Source of the DNA: a virus
Strand: one strand, 5' to 3'
DNA length: 64,000 nt
Virus record (IMG/VR): IMGVR_UViG_2881147464_000001
Coordinates: 9,453 to 73,452 of that record
A program made the position numbers and the translations under genes. Positions 18,242 through 27,043 of the stretch are shown here, one piece after another (within the stretch, counting starts at the first letter, position 1; each line of letters starts with the position of its first letter). A model generated the notes under the pieces. The model saw only the letters and a program-made list of their open reading frames with translations, ran no database searches and had not been told where the DNA came from.

Positions 18242-18894
18242 TCGAGGCCGAGATCGACTACGACAGCGAGATCAACAGCGTCGCCTACCGTGATGTCTTG
18301 CTGAACACGATTCTTGGACTGGCGATGATCATAGGGATCGTTGCCATCCTGATCACCGTCAAGAACAAGATGGAGAAGGAGGCATCTGAACCTCCGGGCA
18401 ACATGATCGTCCATATCCTGTGGCCTCAAGGGGACACAGATGTCGATCTCTGGGTCGACGGACCCGGCGAGCCGGTTCCGGTCGGGTACAGCAACAAGGG
18501 CGGCCTTCTCTGGAACCTTCTTCGTGACGATCTCGGCGCTCAGCCGGACGCAACGGACATCAACTACGAGGACGCCTTCACCCGCGGCATAGTCGGCGGC
18601 GACTATACGGTCAACGTGATGTGCTACCGCTGCCCGCAACTGCCGCAGGACGTCAAGGTCGTCGTCGAACTCAATACCGGCGAGCCGGGCAAGACCGAGA
18701 TGAAGCCGCTCGTCAACACGACGGTCAAGCTTGTGACCGATGGGCAGGAGCGCACGGCGATCCGGTTCAAGCTGGACGAGTCGACCAAGGACATCGTTCC
18801 GGGATCCAAGAACTCGGTATTCAAGCCGCTGCGCTCGGCGACGAAGTCCGAGACGCCGCACGGAAGTTCCGTAACCCCTCCTTACGAGCACTGA
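18238..18894 (+). CDS. ExbD/MotB-like single-TM partner with YfaP/DUF2135-like periplasmic domain
   Basis: TM starts with YRDVLL (conserved Asp position); W..GDTDVDLWV.GP motif. Confidence 0.6.
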   Translation: MIEAEIDYDSEINSVAYRDVLLNTILGLAMIIGIVAILITVKNKMEKEASEPPGNMIVHILWPQGDTDVDLWVDGPGEPVPVGYSNKGGLLWNLLRDDLGAQPDATDINYEDAFTRGIVGGDYTVNVMCYRCPQLPQDVKVVVELNTGEPGKTEMKPLVNTTVKLVTDGQERTAIRFKLDESTKDIVPGSKNSVFKPLRSATKSETPHGSSVTPPYEH

Positions 18895-18901
18895 GGCTGC
18901 C

Positions 18902-19498
18902 ATGAGCTATCCTGTAACCGTCTGGCTGGTGATCACCGTCATCCTCGGCCTTGTCGCCACTTTCGCCATCTGGGCCCGCGGCTTCTCGCGCGCCCGCGGC
19001 CTAGCTGTCCTCGCCTTTTTGTTGGCGAGCCCAATCGCGGCCGCGTCACTCGGCTTCAGCCTTGGCTGGCCGGTTCCCTTGGTCGACGGCCTTACGCTAT
19101 CCGCCGGCGAGCACGCCATACTCGGCGCCAAGATCACGATCGGCGATGGCATCTATGTCCTGATCGATCGTGGAGAAGAGCAGCCGCGGTACTTCAAGAT
19201 CCCATGGGATCCGAAGATGGCCGACAAACTACAGCAGGCGCTGGATGAGAAGGGCGAGGGCGGCGAGGCTGGCATCACCGTCGATCAGTTCAGGTGGCCA
19301 TGGGAGAAGAAGGGCAAGAATGGCGGCGGCCAGGGCGGTGAGAAGCGGGCGCAGGAAGGCAATCCTTCGGTCGAGATGAATCCGTTCGAATGGTCGTGGG
19401 ATACGCATGAGAAGCGCTTCTGGGCCAAACCGCAGCCCAAGGTACTGCCCGACAAGCGATCACCGCCGCCGGCACCAACCTACGAGCAGCAGATCTGA
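18902..19498 (+). CDS. 2-TM membrane protein with Pro-rich C-terminus
   Basis: N-terminal TMs; KPQPKVLPDKRSPPPAP tail. Confidence 0.65.
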   Translation: MSYPVTVWLVITVILGLVATFAIWARGFSRARGLAVLAFLLASPIAAASLGFSLGWPVPLVDGLTLSAGEHAILGAKITIGDGIYVLIDRGEEQPRYFKIPWDPKMADKLQQALDEKGEGGEAGITVDQFRWPWEKKGKNGGGQGGEKRAQEGNPSVEMNPFEWSWDTHEKRFWAKPQPKVLPDKRSPPPAPTYEQQI

Positions 19499-19680
19499 TG
19501 TGCCAGGTCCTCATGATCCTTGCGCTGATGGACAACTCGTTCTCGCTCGAGACGCGGTGCGTCGCGACGGTCGCGAAGTGCCAGGAGACAATCAAGATGG
19601 AGACCACCGAGTTCTTCCCGGAGGCTGGTTACCTCGGCCAATGCGTCGAGGTCGCCGAACTCGTCAAACAAGGCAAGTGA
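19498..19680 (+). CDS. small Cys-containing hypothetical protein
   Basis: TGATG coupling. Confidence 0.5.
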   Translation: MCQVLMILALMDNSFSLETRCVATVAKCQETIKMETTEFFPEAGYLGQCVEVAELVKQGK

Positions 19681-19714
19681 GGATCATCTTGTTTGCCACC
19701 GCCAACCAACTGAA

Positions 19715-19875
19715 CAAACCCGGTCCGCGCCTTTCGGCAGGTGCCGGCGGCCATCTGAGCATACCAAGTTCCGAAGCTTCTGGTGCAAAAATGGGTGCTG
19801 GGTACAGCCAGCATCCAGACCGGGCCGGCGCTGCGCCGGGACGTGAAAGCGGACATTCGGAACAAGCCGCCAAGA
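19715..19875 (+). ncRNA. candidate pseudoknotted RNA element upstream of MT-A70 gene
   Basis: Multiple perfect stems and two crossing long-range pairings. Confidence 0.35.
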
Positions 19876-19897
19876 TCTCATTCTCGGTGACGCCGCC

Positions 19898-20611
19898 GTG
19901 AGCGCCATCGATTTCGCCAAGATGACAAAAGAGTTCGCCTCCATCCGCCCAGCCGGCGGCTTCAAGGCAGCGCTGATCGACTTCCCATGGGACTTCGAGC
20001 ACTTCTCGGAGAAGGGGCAGGGCAAGGGCCCGCAGCGCCATTACAACACGATGACGATCGAGGAGATCTGTCAGGTGCCGTTGACGGCATTGCTGGCGGA
20101 CGACGCTGCCGTCTTCCTCTGGATGACCTGGCCATTGGCGATGCGCTGGCGCGAGGTTGTCGACGCGCTCGGACTCACCTTCGCTGGCCTTGCTTGGGAA
20201 TGGATCAAGTTCAATCCGAAATCCGGCAAATACGCCTTCGGAGGCGGGTATGGCACGAGAAAAAATCTCGAACCATGCATACTTTGCACCCGTGGCGGCC
20301 CGCAGCTTCGCCAGCCCATCATGAGCGATATGCTCGGCGAGGCGGTGATCCCGTCCGGCGTCCGCAGCGTGCGCGACTTCATCGAGGCGATGCCGCTCGA
20401 CGCCATACGCGCGCCACGCCGCATCCACAGCCAGAAGCCGGACGAACAATACGATCGCATCGAAACGTTGTTCGATGGCCCCTATGTCGAGCTTTTCAGC
20501 AGGAGCTCGAGGAAGAACTGGACGGCCTGGGGTGACCAGGTCGGCCTGCTCGATGCCGGACTCCCGGCGCAACCGCCGCAGGACGCGGCACATCTGAAGG
20601 AAGAAGCATGA
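19898..20611 (+). CDS. MT-A70-family adenine methyltransferase
   Basis: LIDFPWDF, YNTMTIEEI, VFLWMT, HSQKPDE, VELFSR...WGDQ. Confidence 0.9.
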   Translation: MSAIDFAKMTKEFASIRPAGGFKAALIDFPWDFEHFSEKGQGKGPQRHYNTMTIEEICQVPLTALLADDAAVFLWMTWPLAMRWREVVDALGLTFAGLAWEWIKFNPKSGKYAFGGGYGTRKNLEPCILCTRGGPQLRQPIMSDMLGEAVIPSGVRSVRDFIEAMPLDAIRAPRRIHSQKPDEQYDRIETLFDGPYVELFSRSSRKNWTAWGDQVGLLDAGLPAQPPQDAAHLKEEA

Positions 20612-20880
20612 CGACCAAGACAGAACTGGCCGCTCGAGTCGCAGCCGCGACAGGCCTAACGAAAGCGGACTCCGCCGCAGCGGTGAACTCCCTGATCGAC
20701 GCGATCGCCGACACTCTGATTTCCGGCGAAAAGGTGCAACTCGCCGGCCTTGGCATCTTCAACGTGAAGGCGACTGCGGCGCGTCAGGGGCGCAATCCCC
20801 ACACCGGCGCCACTGTGGCAATCGCCGCCGGGCGAAAGGTCACGTTCAAGATGGCCGCTGATCTGAAGGGGAGGATGTGA
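20608..20880 (+). CDS. hup: HU-family DNA-binding protein
   Basis: KTELAARVA...GEKVQLAGLGIF...ARQGRNPHTG...FK. Confidence 0.92.
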   Translation: MTTKTELAARVAAATGLTKADSAAAVNSLIDAIADTLISGEKVQLAGLGIFNVKATAARQGRNPHTGATVAIAAGRKVTFKMAADLKGRM

Positions 20881-21509
20881 CTTTGGGACGTCCAGCCGGA
20901 TCCAAGAATAAACCCAAACTATCCGTCGTCGGCGGCGTCGCCGGACCGGGCCACAATCGCTCGCAGGAGCAACTCACGGATGACCAACTCCAAGGGTTGA
21001 CCAGACAGCATGCGCAGAAGCGCAAGTCGCTGGTCGACGCCGAGAAGAAGGCCAAGGCCGCCAGGATGAACTTCGACAAGGTCATCAAGTCGGATCTTGG
21101 CGCCACCGGCCTTGCCAATATCAAGCTGCTCGAGGAACTGGAAACGCCGGAAGGCGAGGCCAGGATCAAGGCCGACATGGAGCGCCAGGCGATGGTCGCG
21201 CGCTGGGCCGGCCTCGCGATCGGTACGCAAGGCTCGCTGTTCGACGCCGACCGACGGCCGATCGAGGATCGCGCCTTCGATGACGGCAAGCGCGACGGCA
21301 TGTCGGGCAAGACGCTGCAACCGCCGCATGCGCCGGACACGGTTGCCTACGGGCGCTATGTCGAGGGGTGGCACGCTGGTCAGGCAATCAACGCGACCGG
21401 CATCAAGCAGAAGCCGCCAGAAGCAGAACTGCTGCGCAAGGAAGGGGCCGAGGTCTCCGGCAAGCCGGATGAGTTCGACGAGGCGGCGGGCGGCGCCGCG
21501 GCGGAGTGA
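20877..21509 (+). CDS. AT-hook + GapR-like + Rmf-like domain protein
   Basis: GRPAGSKNK; GHN motif; RAFDDGKRDGMSGK...YVEGWHAGQ. Confidence 0.55.
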   Translation: MTLGRPAGSKNKPKLSVVGGVAGPGHNRSQEQLTDDQLQGLTRQHAQKRKSLVDAEKKAKAARMNFDKVIKSDLGATGLANIKLLEELETPEGEARIKADMERQAMVARWAGLAIGTQGSLFDADRRPIEDRAFDDGKRDGMSGKTLQPPHAPDTVAYGRYVEGWHAGQAINATGIKQKPPEAELLRKEGAEVSGKPDEFDEAAGGAAAE

Positions 21510-21562
21510 GATCATAGGGGGCAGGCAACTGCCCGCTTTCCCAAGATGAAGAGCATTGCGAC

Positions 21563-22252
21563 ATGATTCTCGGTGGGCTCGATATAGCCACAACGACAGG
21601 CGCTGCCGTCCTCAAGGACGGCATCTTCACCGCCGAGACATTCGTCTTCAGCGGCGCGAAGAAGAAAAAGAGCATCCTTGATGATCTTGAGGAAAAGAAG
21701 GCACTGGACGCGGTCGAACTGGGGAAAGTGTTCGACTGGTTCGAGCGCGTTGTGCGCGTCTGGATCCTCACCCATGGCATCCAAAAGGTTGCGATCGAGG
21801 AACCGCTGCGCACCGACTTCAGCGGCCGGAAGAAGGCGGTTGTCGATGCCGGATCCAACTGGGCCGGCAAGTCGGTCACCTACGAGAAGAAGGGCGGTAT
21901 CAGCCTCAAGACGATCTTTAAGCTTCATGGCCTCGAGGCGGTTGCCTGCCGGGTGTGCGCCCAACTGAACATCCCGGCAGTCTTCGTCAATCAGGCGACA
22001 TGGAGGGCGGCCTTTCTGGGGCATGGGCGGCCGCCGGATGCCAAGTCGGAAGCGGTGAAGATGTGCCGCAAGCTGGGCATTGAAATCTCCAGCGTGGATT
22101 CGGCGGAGGCGGTTGGCGTGTGCTGGTGGCTCGATCGGACGCTCAATCCGTACAGCCATCGCCGGGCCAACGATCTCTTTGCCGATAAGCCGCCGACCAA
22201 TGCGCAGCGTCAGATCCAGGAGGCCGAGAAACTGTTCAAGGCTGCCACCTGA
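21563..22252 (+). CDS. RuvC-like Holliday junction resolvase
   Basis: GLDIATTTGAA, VAIEEP, ATWRAAFLG, DSAEAVGV. Confidence 0.75.
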   Translation: MILGGLDIATTTGAAVLKDGIFTAETFVFSGAKKKKSILDDLEEKKALDAVELGKVFDWFERVVRVWILTHGIQKVAIEEPLRTDFSGRKKAVVDAGSNWAGKSVTYEKKGGISLKTIFKLHGLEAVACRVCAQLNIPAVFVNQATWRAAFLGHGRPPDAKSEAVKMCRKLGIEISSVDSAEAVGVCWWLDRTLNPYSHRRANDLFADKPPTNAQRQIQEAEKLFKAAT

Positions 22253-22806
22253 TGTGGAATCGGATGACAAGAGAGGAGCGGATAGAGGCGATCCGCGACG
22301 GCGTCGGCTGCAACATGAGCAGCACGGAGATTGCGGCTGAAATAGGAGGGTGCACAAGGAACGCCGTCATCGGACTGGCTTACCGGGCCCATGTGGCATT
22401 GGCATCTCCACGACCGAAGGTGGAAAAGAAACAGGCGTCGGCGAGGCCAAAGTCGTCAAAGACCGGGTCGATGAAGAGGGTGGTAAAACCGACGAAGACA
22501 TCGCCTCCGGTGCCGTTGAAAAAGAAACAAGAGCCAGCCTTCGTCGATGCCGAGCCCATCTACGAATTCCCGGACAGCCATTACGAAGTGCATCTGGAAG
22601 AGGTCAAGAGCGGGCAATGCCGGCGGCCGCTGTGGAATGACGACAAGCGGCCGGGACTGGAAGCATACTTCTACTGCGGCAAGCCGGTGAAGGCCGGATC
22701 ATCGTATTGCTGGCATTGCCACAAGAAGATGTATGACGGCCTGCCGGTGCCGCGGGAGAGGAAAAGGTCAAGCGCGAGACTGTCCTGGCGCGGTGAGTTT
22801 GCTTGA
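22252..22806 (+). CDS. gcrA: GcrA-family cell-cycle regulator
   Basis: SSTEIAAEIGGCTRNAVIG; C-terminal CRRPLW...YCG...YCWHC. Confidence 0.88.
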   Translation: MWNRMTREERIEAIRDGVGCNMSSTEIAAEIGGCTRNAVIGLAYRAHVALASPRPKVEKKQASARPKSSKTGSMKRVVKPTKTSPPVPLKKKQEPAFVDAEPIYEFPDSHYEVHLEEVKSGQCRRPLWNDDKRPGLEAYFYCGKPVKAGSSYCWHCHKKMYDGLPVPRERKRSSARLSWRGEFA

Positions 22807-23201
22807 AGGCATCGGATATCAGGCCGGAGGACGCGCGTGACTTTCTGCGAGGCATCATCTGGCGAAACGGAGAACGGGACGACGGACGATCATTCAAGGT
22901 GATCGTTCACATGACGAGGGAAGAAGCGGCCAAGATCTTCGCCGCACTGCGGTGGCTGGACGTCTATCGCCAGTGGGGCGTCGGGGTCGAGGAGACGGAC
23001 TTCACGATCGACTATGTGCGCAGATTTCTTGGAGAACAGGTCGAAGTGCTGAAGGGGCAGAAGGGCGAGGAAGTGATGAAACTGACGCTGAACAGGAGAG
23101 GTTTGACCATCCTTGAGACGGCGGAACTGCACCTCGACCGTTACTGCATGGCGCTGGCGTTCCCGGAGAAGGGTTCGAAGAATTGGAAGGGCAAGAAGTG
23201 A
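22803..23201 (+). CDS. hypothetical protein
   Basis: TTG start, coupled. Confidence 0.55.
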   Translation: MKASDIRPEDARDFLRGIIWRNGERDDGRSFKVIVHMTREEAAKIFAALRWLDVYRQWGVGVEETDFTIDYVRRFLGEQVEVLKGQKGEEVMKLTLNRRGLTILETAELHLDRYCMALAFPEKGSKNWKGKK

Positions 23202-25132
23202 CTTTGAGATACGGTTCAGTCTGTAGCGGGATCGAGGCCGCAACCATGGCCTGGCATTCGCTTGGTTGGACGCCAGCTTTCTTTTCGGAAATTGAGAAGT
23301 TTCCGTCTGCGGTGCTTGCTCATCACTATGGATCGAATATGCCGGGCGAGCCGCTTGCAACCAACGGAGTGCCAAACCATGGCGATTTCACAAAAATCTC
23401 AGCCGATGCCGGACCTATTGACCTTCTTGTCGGAGGAACGCCATGCCAGTCCTTCTCGGTCGCCGGAAAACGTCTCGGACTGGATGATCCGCGCGGCAAC
23501 CTCGCCCTCGAATTTCTCAGCTTGGCTCGCCGGCTTGGCGCCCGCTGGATCGTTTGGGAAAATGTCCCCGGCGTGCTTTCCTCTTTCTCCGGAGGCGAAC
23601 AGGCAAACCGTGAGGTTCAGGAAGGTCCAGTCGGAGGAGAGGGAGAGGGTATCGAGGAGCGTGATCTCGCCATGTTCCTCTCCTTCGTTCGCGAATGCGG
23701 GTATGGGTTCGCCTACCGAGTTCTGGACTCTCAATTTGTCCGAGTGGACGGATATAGCAGGGCTGTCCCTCAAAGACGAAGGCGTTTGTTCGTTGTCGGA
23801 TATCTTGGAGACTGGCGACGTGCCGCAGCGGTTCTATTTGAGTCCGAAAGCATGCGCAGGGATTCTCCGCCGCGCCGTCAATCGGGGCAAAGAGTTGCCC
23901 CGACAATTGCTTCACGCTCTACAGGCGGTGGCGGGCTTGGAACGGACTTCGATATAGACGGCGGTCAGACCGCCGTCTGCTCGCAGGCCGCTTTCGGCGG
24001 AGGCAATACGAGCGACCAGCCACGCGGCGGCGACGCCGCGTTGGCTGCTCATAACCATAGGATTGATTTTGAAGTAGAGACGTTCGTGGTATCTGACCAC
24101 GCCGGTTACCGGCGTGCCGGCGCGCCTTCGTTAAGGGCTGCTAGTGGGGATGTCGGTCATGGTAGTGAGGCGCTGGTCACCGAGCCAGTGTATGCGATCC
24201 AAGAGAGAGCGGTCAGCGAGAACCCGGATGCTGGGCCACAGGGGAAGGGCTATCAGGAAGATATAGCCTACACTCTGGAGGCGAGGAATAAGGTACAGGG
24301 CGTGGACCACGCCCTGCCGGCCGCGCTTGAGCAGCGAGTGGTCCACTCGCTGCGAGGCGAGGGATTTGATGCCAGCGAGGACGGGACTGGTCGGGGAACG
24401 CCAATCATAGCAGTGTCGGTAGCACCGACACTGCGCGCCGGAGGAAATAAGACGGGGGGTGATCGCCCCTATCGGACCGACGTCGATACCTGTGAAAGCC
24501 TTGTGCCGATTGCCTTCTCCATGCGCGGCCGTGATGGTGGGGCCACTCCGGAGGTAGAGCACGGGGGCGTCGCCCCCGTGGTGCGAACGCCAGGTGGAGG
24601 ATCGTCGCAGACCTTCGTTGCCTTCGCTCAAAATCAAAGGGAAGAGGTTCGGCTGCTTGAGGCAGCAGGCAGACTGCCTGCGACGCGCCGCGGCGATGCG
24701 AAGAACGAGACGATTATTGCTGAGAGCCCGAGCGTGATTTCATTTAACGCTCGCCAAGACCCAATCAATGAACAAGACCTCTCGCTTCCAATCGACGCAG
24801 ATGGCACCACCATCGGTGTCACCGATGGTGGTTGGCGCGTTCGGCGATTGACGCCATTGGAGTGCGAGAGACTTCAGGGTTTCCCTGATCGCTTCACGCA
24901 AATCCCCAATTGGGATGGCTGGCGCGATGTCGGCGAGGACGAAGATATCGGGGAACTGAAAGCCGCCGACCTGACCGTCCGCAAGACGAAGAAAGGGTAT
25001 CGGGTCAACGATCCGGATGGCGTTCGCTACAAGGCGCTGGGGAACTCCATGGCCTGTAATGTCATGCGATGGATAGGCCAACGCATTGATCGCTTCGAAC
25101 GGTTGGTGGCGGAAGGAAAGATCAGCAGATGA
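23198..25132 (+). CDS. C5-cytosine DNA methyltransferase with very long variable region
   Basis: SVCSGIEA (I), GGTPCQSFS (IV), ENVPG (VI), QRRRR (VIII), RRLTPLECERLQGFP (IX), KALGNSM (X). Confidence 0.92.
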   Translation: MTLRYGSVCSGIEAATMAWHSLGWTPAFFSEIEKFPSAVLAHHYGSNMPGEPLATNGVPNHGDFTKISADAGPIDLLVGGTPCQSFSVAGKRLGLDDPRGNLALEFLSLARRLGARWIVWENVPGVLSSFSGGEQANREVQEGPVGGEGEGIEERDLAMFLSFVRECGYGFAYRVLDSQFVRVDGYSRAVPQRRRRLFVVGYLGDWRRAAAVLFESESMRRDSPPRRQSGQRVAPTIASRSTGGGGLGTDFDIDGGQTAVCSQAAFGGGNTSDQPRGGDAALAAHNHRIDFEVETFVVSDHAGYRRAGAPSLRAASGDVGHGSEALVTEPVYAIQERAVSENPDAGPQGKGYQEDIAYTLEARNKVQGVDHALPAALEQRVVHSLRGEGFDASEDGTGRGTPIIAVSVAPTLRAGGNKTGGDRPYRTDVDTCESLVPIAFSMRGRDGGATPEVEHGGVAPVVRTPGGGSSQTFVAFAQNQREEVRLLEAAGRLPATRRGDAKNETIIAESPSVISFNARQDPINEQDLSLPIDADGTTIGVTDGGWRVRRLTPLECERLQGFPDRFTQIPNWDGWRDVGEDEDIGELKAADLTVRKTKKGYRVNDPDGVRYKALGNSMACNVMRWIGQRIDRFERLVAEGKISR

Positions 25133-25665
25133 GGCCCGACGGCATGATCGGCAAATTTGTCAAATCGGTCGCCGTCGGCGACAAGCCGGCGTTTAGCGGC
25201 GTCATCCTCTCCGTTCATCCTGGCAGCATACCGGCATGGATCGTTGAGGATTTGCAGGACGGCTCGAAATGGCACCGTGAGCGGTCTGAACTAACGATTA
25301 TGAAGGCAAAGCCGCCAGCGACGGCGCAGGAAATCATGGGCTTTCTGTCAAGACTGCGCTTGCCACTCTCGACCGAAGTGAAACTGCAACTGGCGATCGC
25401 CGAGGAATTCAATGCCGCCGGCGTGAACTATGAGCGGGAAGTCCAACTCAGCCCGGAAGACCGGCCTGACTTCATGATCGGCGATGTGGCGATCGAGGTG
25501 AAGATCAAGGGCAGCAAGAGGGCAATCTTCCACCAGGTGGAGCGTTACGCGCAGCACGCCAAGGTGAGGGAACTGATCCTGATCAGCAACGTCGCCATGG
25601 GCTTCCCGCCGGAGATCAACGGCAAGCCGGTCTATTTCCACAATCTTGCGAAGGCGTGGCTTTGA
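25129..25665 (+). CDS. PD-(D/E)XK nuclease-domain protein
   Basis: RPDFMIGDVAIEVK; QVERY. Confidence 0.65.
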   Translation: MRPDGMIGKFVKSVAVGDKPAFSGVILSVHPGSIPAWIVEDLQDGSKWHRERSELTIMKAKPPATAQEIMGFLSRLRLPLSTEVKLQLAIAEEFNAAGVNYEREVQLSPEDRPDFMIGDVAIEVKIKGSKRAIFHQVERYAQHAKVRELILISNVAMGFPPEINGKPVYFHNLAKAWL

Positions 25666-26354
25666 GTGAACTCCTTACCAAGGAGCAGGAGTACGCGCTG
25701 GCGGTCAGCTGGCGCGACCACAAGGATGTGAAGGCCATGAAGAAGATCATCGCCTCGCATCTGCCCTTGGTGCATGGCATGGCCAAGAAATTCGCCAAGT
25801 TCGATCTCGAGCATGACGACTTGGTTCAGGAAGGGGCGATGGGGTTGAAGTGCGCTCTTGATCGGTTCGACCCCGACATGGGCAACCGCTTCTCGACCTT
25901 TGCCAGGTGGTGGGTGATCTCCCACATGCAGACCTTCATCCTCAACAACTACTGCATCGTGAGAGGCCCCAAGGGGCACGATGCCAAGCGGAGATTCTAC
26001 AGGGGCGATCGTACCCGCCACGCGTCCTTGGACATGCCGGTCGGGGAAGACGGCAATCAGACATGGGTCGACATACTGGAGGGCGATGATCCGAACCCGG
26101 AGCAGATGGCGGAGCGCACGATCGACGGGGAGAGGGCAAAGGAAATCATGGATCTCGCGCTGGCGAAATTGTCCCCGCGTTCGCAGGACATCATCCGGCG
26201 CCGCGTCATGAGCGACGATCCCGTGACGCTCGAAGCGCTCGGCGAAGAGTACGGAGTCAGCCGGGAGCGCATCAGGCAGATCGAGGTGAAGGCGCTCGAG
26301 GATCTCAGGGCTGTTCTTGCGGTGAAGCGTCGGCGTGGGCTGGTGGCGGCATGA
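25662..26354 (+). CDS. sigma70-family factor, RpoH/RpoD-like
   Basis: HLPLVHGMAKK, DLVQEGAMGL, RFDPDMGNRFSTFARWW, TLEALGEEYGVSRERIRQIE; TTGA overlap. Confidence 0.9.
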   Translation: MSELLTKEQEYALAVSWRDHKDVKAMKKIIASHLPLVHGMAKKFAKFDLEHDDLVQEGAMGLKCALDRFDPDMGNRFSTFARWWVISHMQTFILNNYCIVRGPKGHDAKRRFYRGDRTRHASLDMPVGEDGNQTWVDILEGDDPNPEQMAERTIDGERAKEIMDLALAKLSPRSQDIIRRRVMSDDPVTLEALGEEYGVSRERIRQIEVKALEDLRAVLAVKRRRGLVAA

Positions 26355-27043
26355 CAATTCACTCTTTACAGTTCTACGCTACCCAGCTTGACTTGTTCGA
26401 GATTCGAGTCGCGACACGCGACGAGCGTGTGCTTTGCAACTACATCCCGGGGATCACGACCATTCGCGAGGTGGCGCGTCTGTCCGGTGTGAGCAATCAC
26501 TTGGTGAAGAGAATATTGATCAAAGCGGGGGTCACAATTGTCCCAGGGAAGTTGCCGCCATTTACGATTGAGCACCGTAGAAAAATCTCCAAGCGGACGA
26601 AGGGCCGAAAATGCTGGTCTACCGGGCTCAAGATGCCAAGACAGACTGTCATCAAAAACATGGCGGCGCATCTGCGGGTAGATATCGACTGGAAATGGCT
26701 GAACCAATTCCAGGACATAGAGAAGTTGAAATCGCTGAATCGATGTGTGTCTAGAACTCGGGAATTCCCGAACATAACCGTGCAATTTTATATGGAGTTC
26801 ATCTCTAAATTCTACGACGACGAGCAGTTCAATCGCGTCTACGAGAGATGGTGCGACGCCGGTAAAAGCGATCGCTACCTACGCCCATCAGCCGATCACA
26901 TTGTGCCTATCAGCAGGGGAGGAGAGATAAATTCGGTCGCAAACCTTCAAATACTCACATGGTTTGAGAACCGTTGCAAAAACGCGATGACCCAAAAAGA
27001 ATGGGACCGCATCAAGGCCAGCATCTATGACTACATCTCCTAA
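26351..27043 (+). CDS. HTH + HNH endonuclease-like protein
   Basis: TIREVARLSGVS; PSADHIVPISRGG...NLQILTWFEN; visibly more AT-rich than flanks. Confidence 0.75.
   Translation: MTIHSLQFYATQLDLFEIRVATRDERVLCNYIPGITTIREVARLSGVSNHLVKRILIKAGVTIVPGKLPPFTIEHRRKISKRTKGRKCWSTGLKMPRQTVIKNMAAHLRVDIDWKWLNQFQDIEKLKSLNRCVSRTREFPNITVQFYMEFISKFYDDEQFNRVYERWCDAGKSDRYLRPSADHIVPISRGGEINSVANLQILTWFENRCKNAMTQKEWDRIKASIYDYIS

Noticed and set aside
17690-19498. Calling the ExbB-like module a Zorya system
   Set aside because: No long ZorA tail, no OmpA-like domain in the partner, and no ZorC/D/E-like genes
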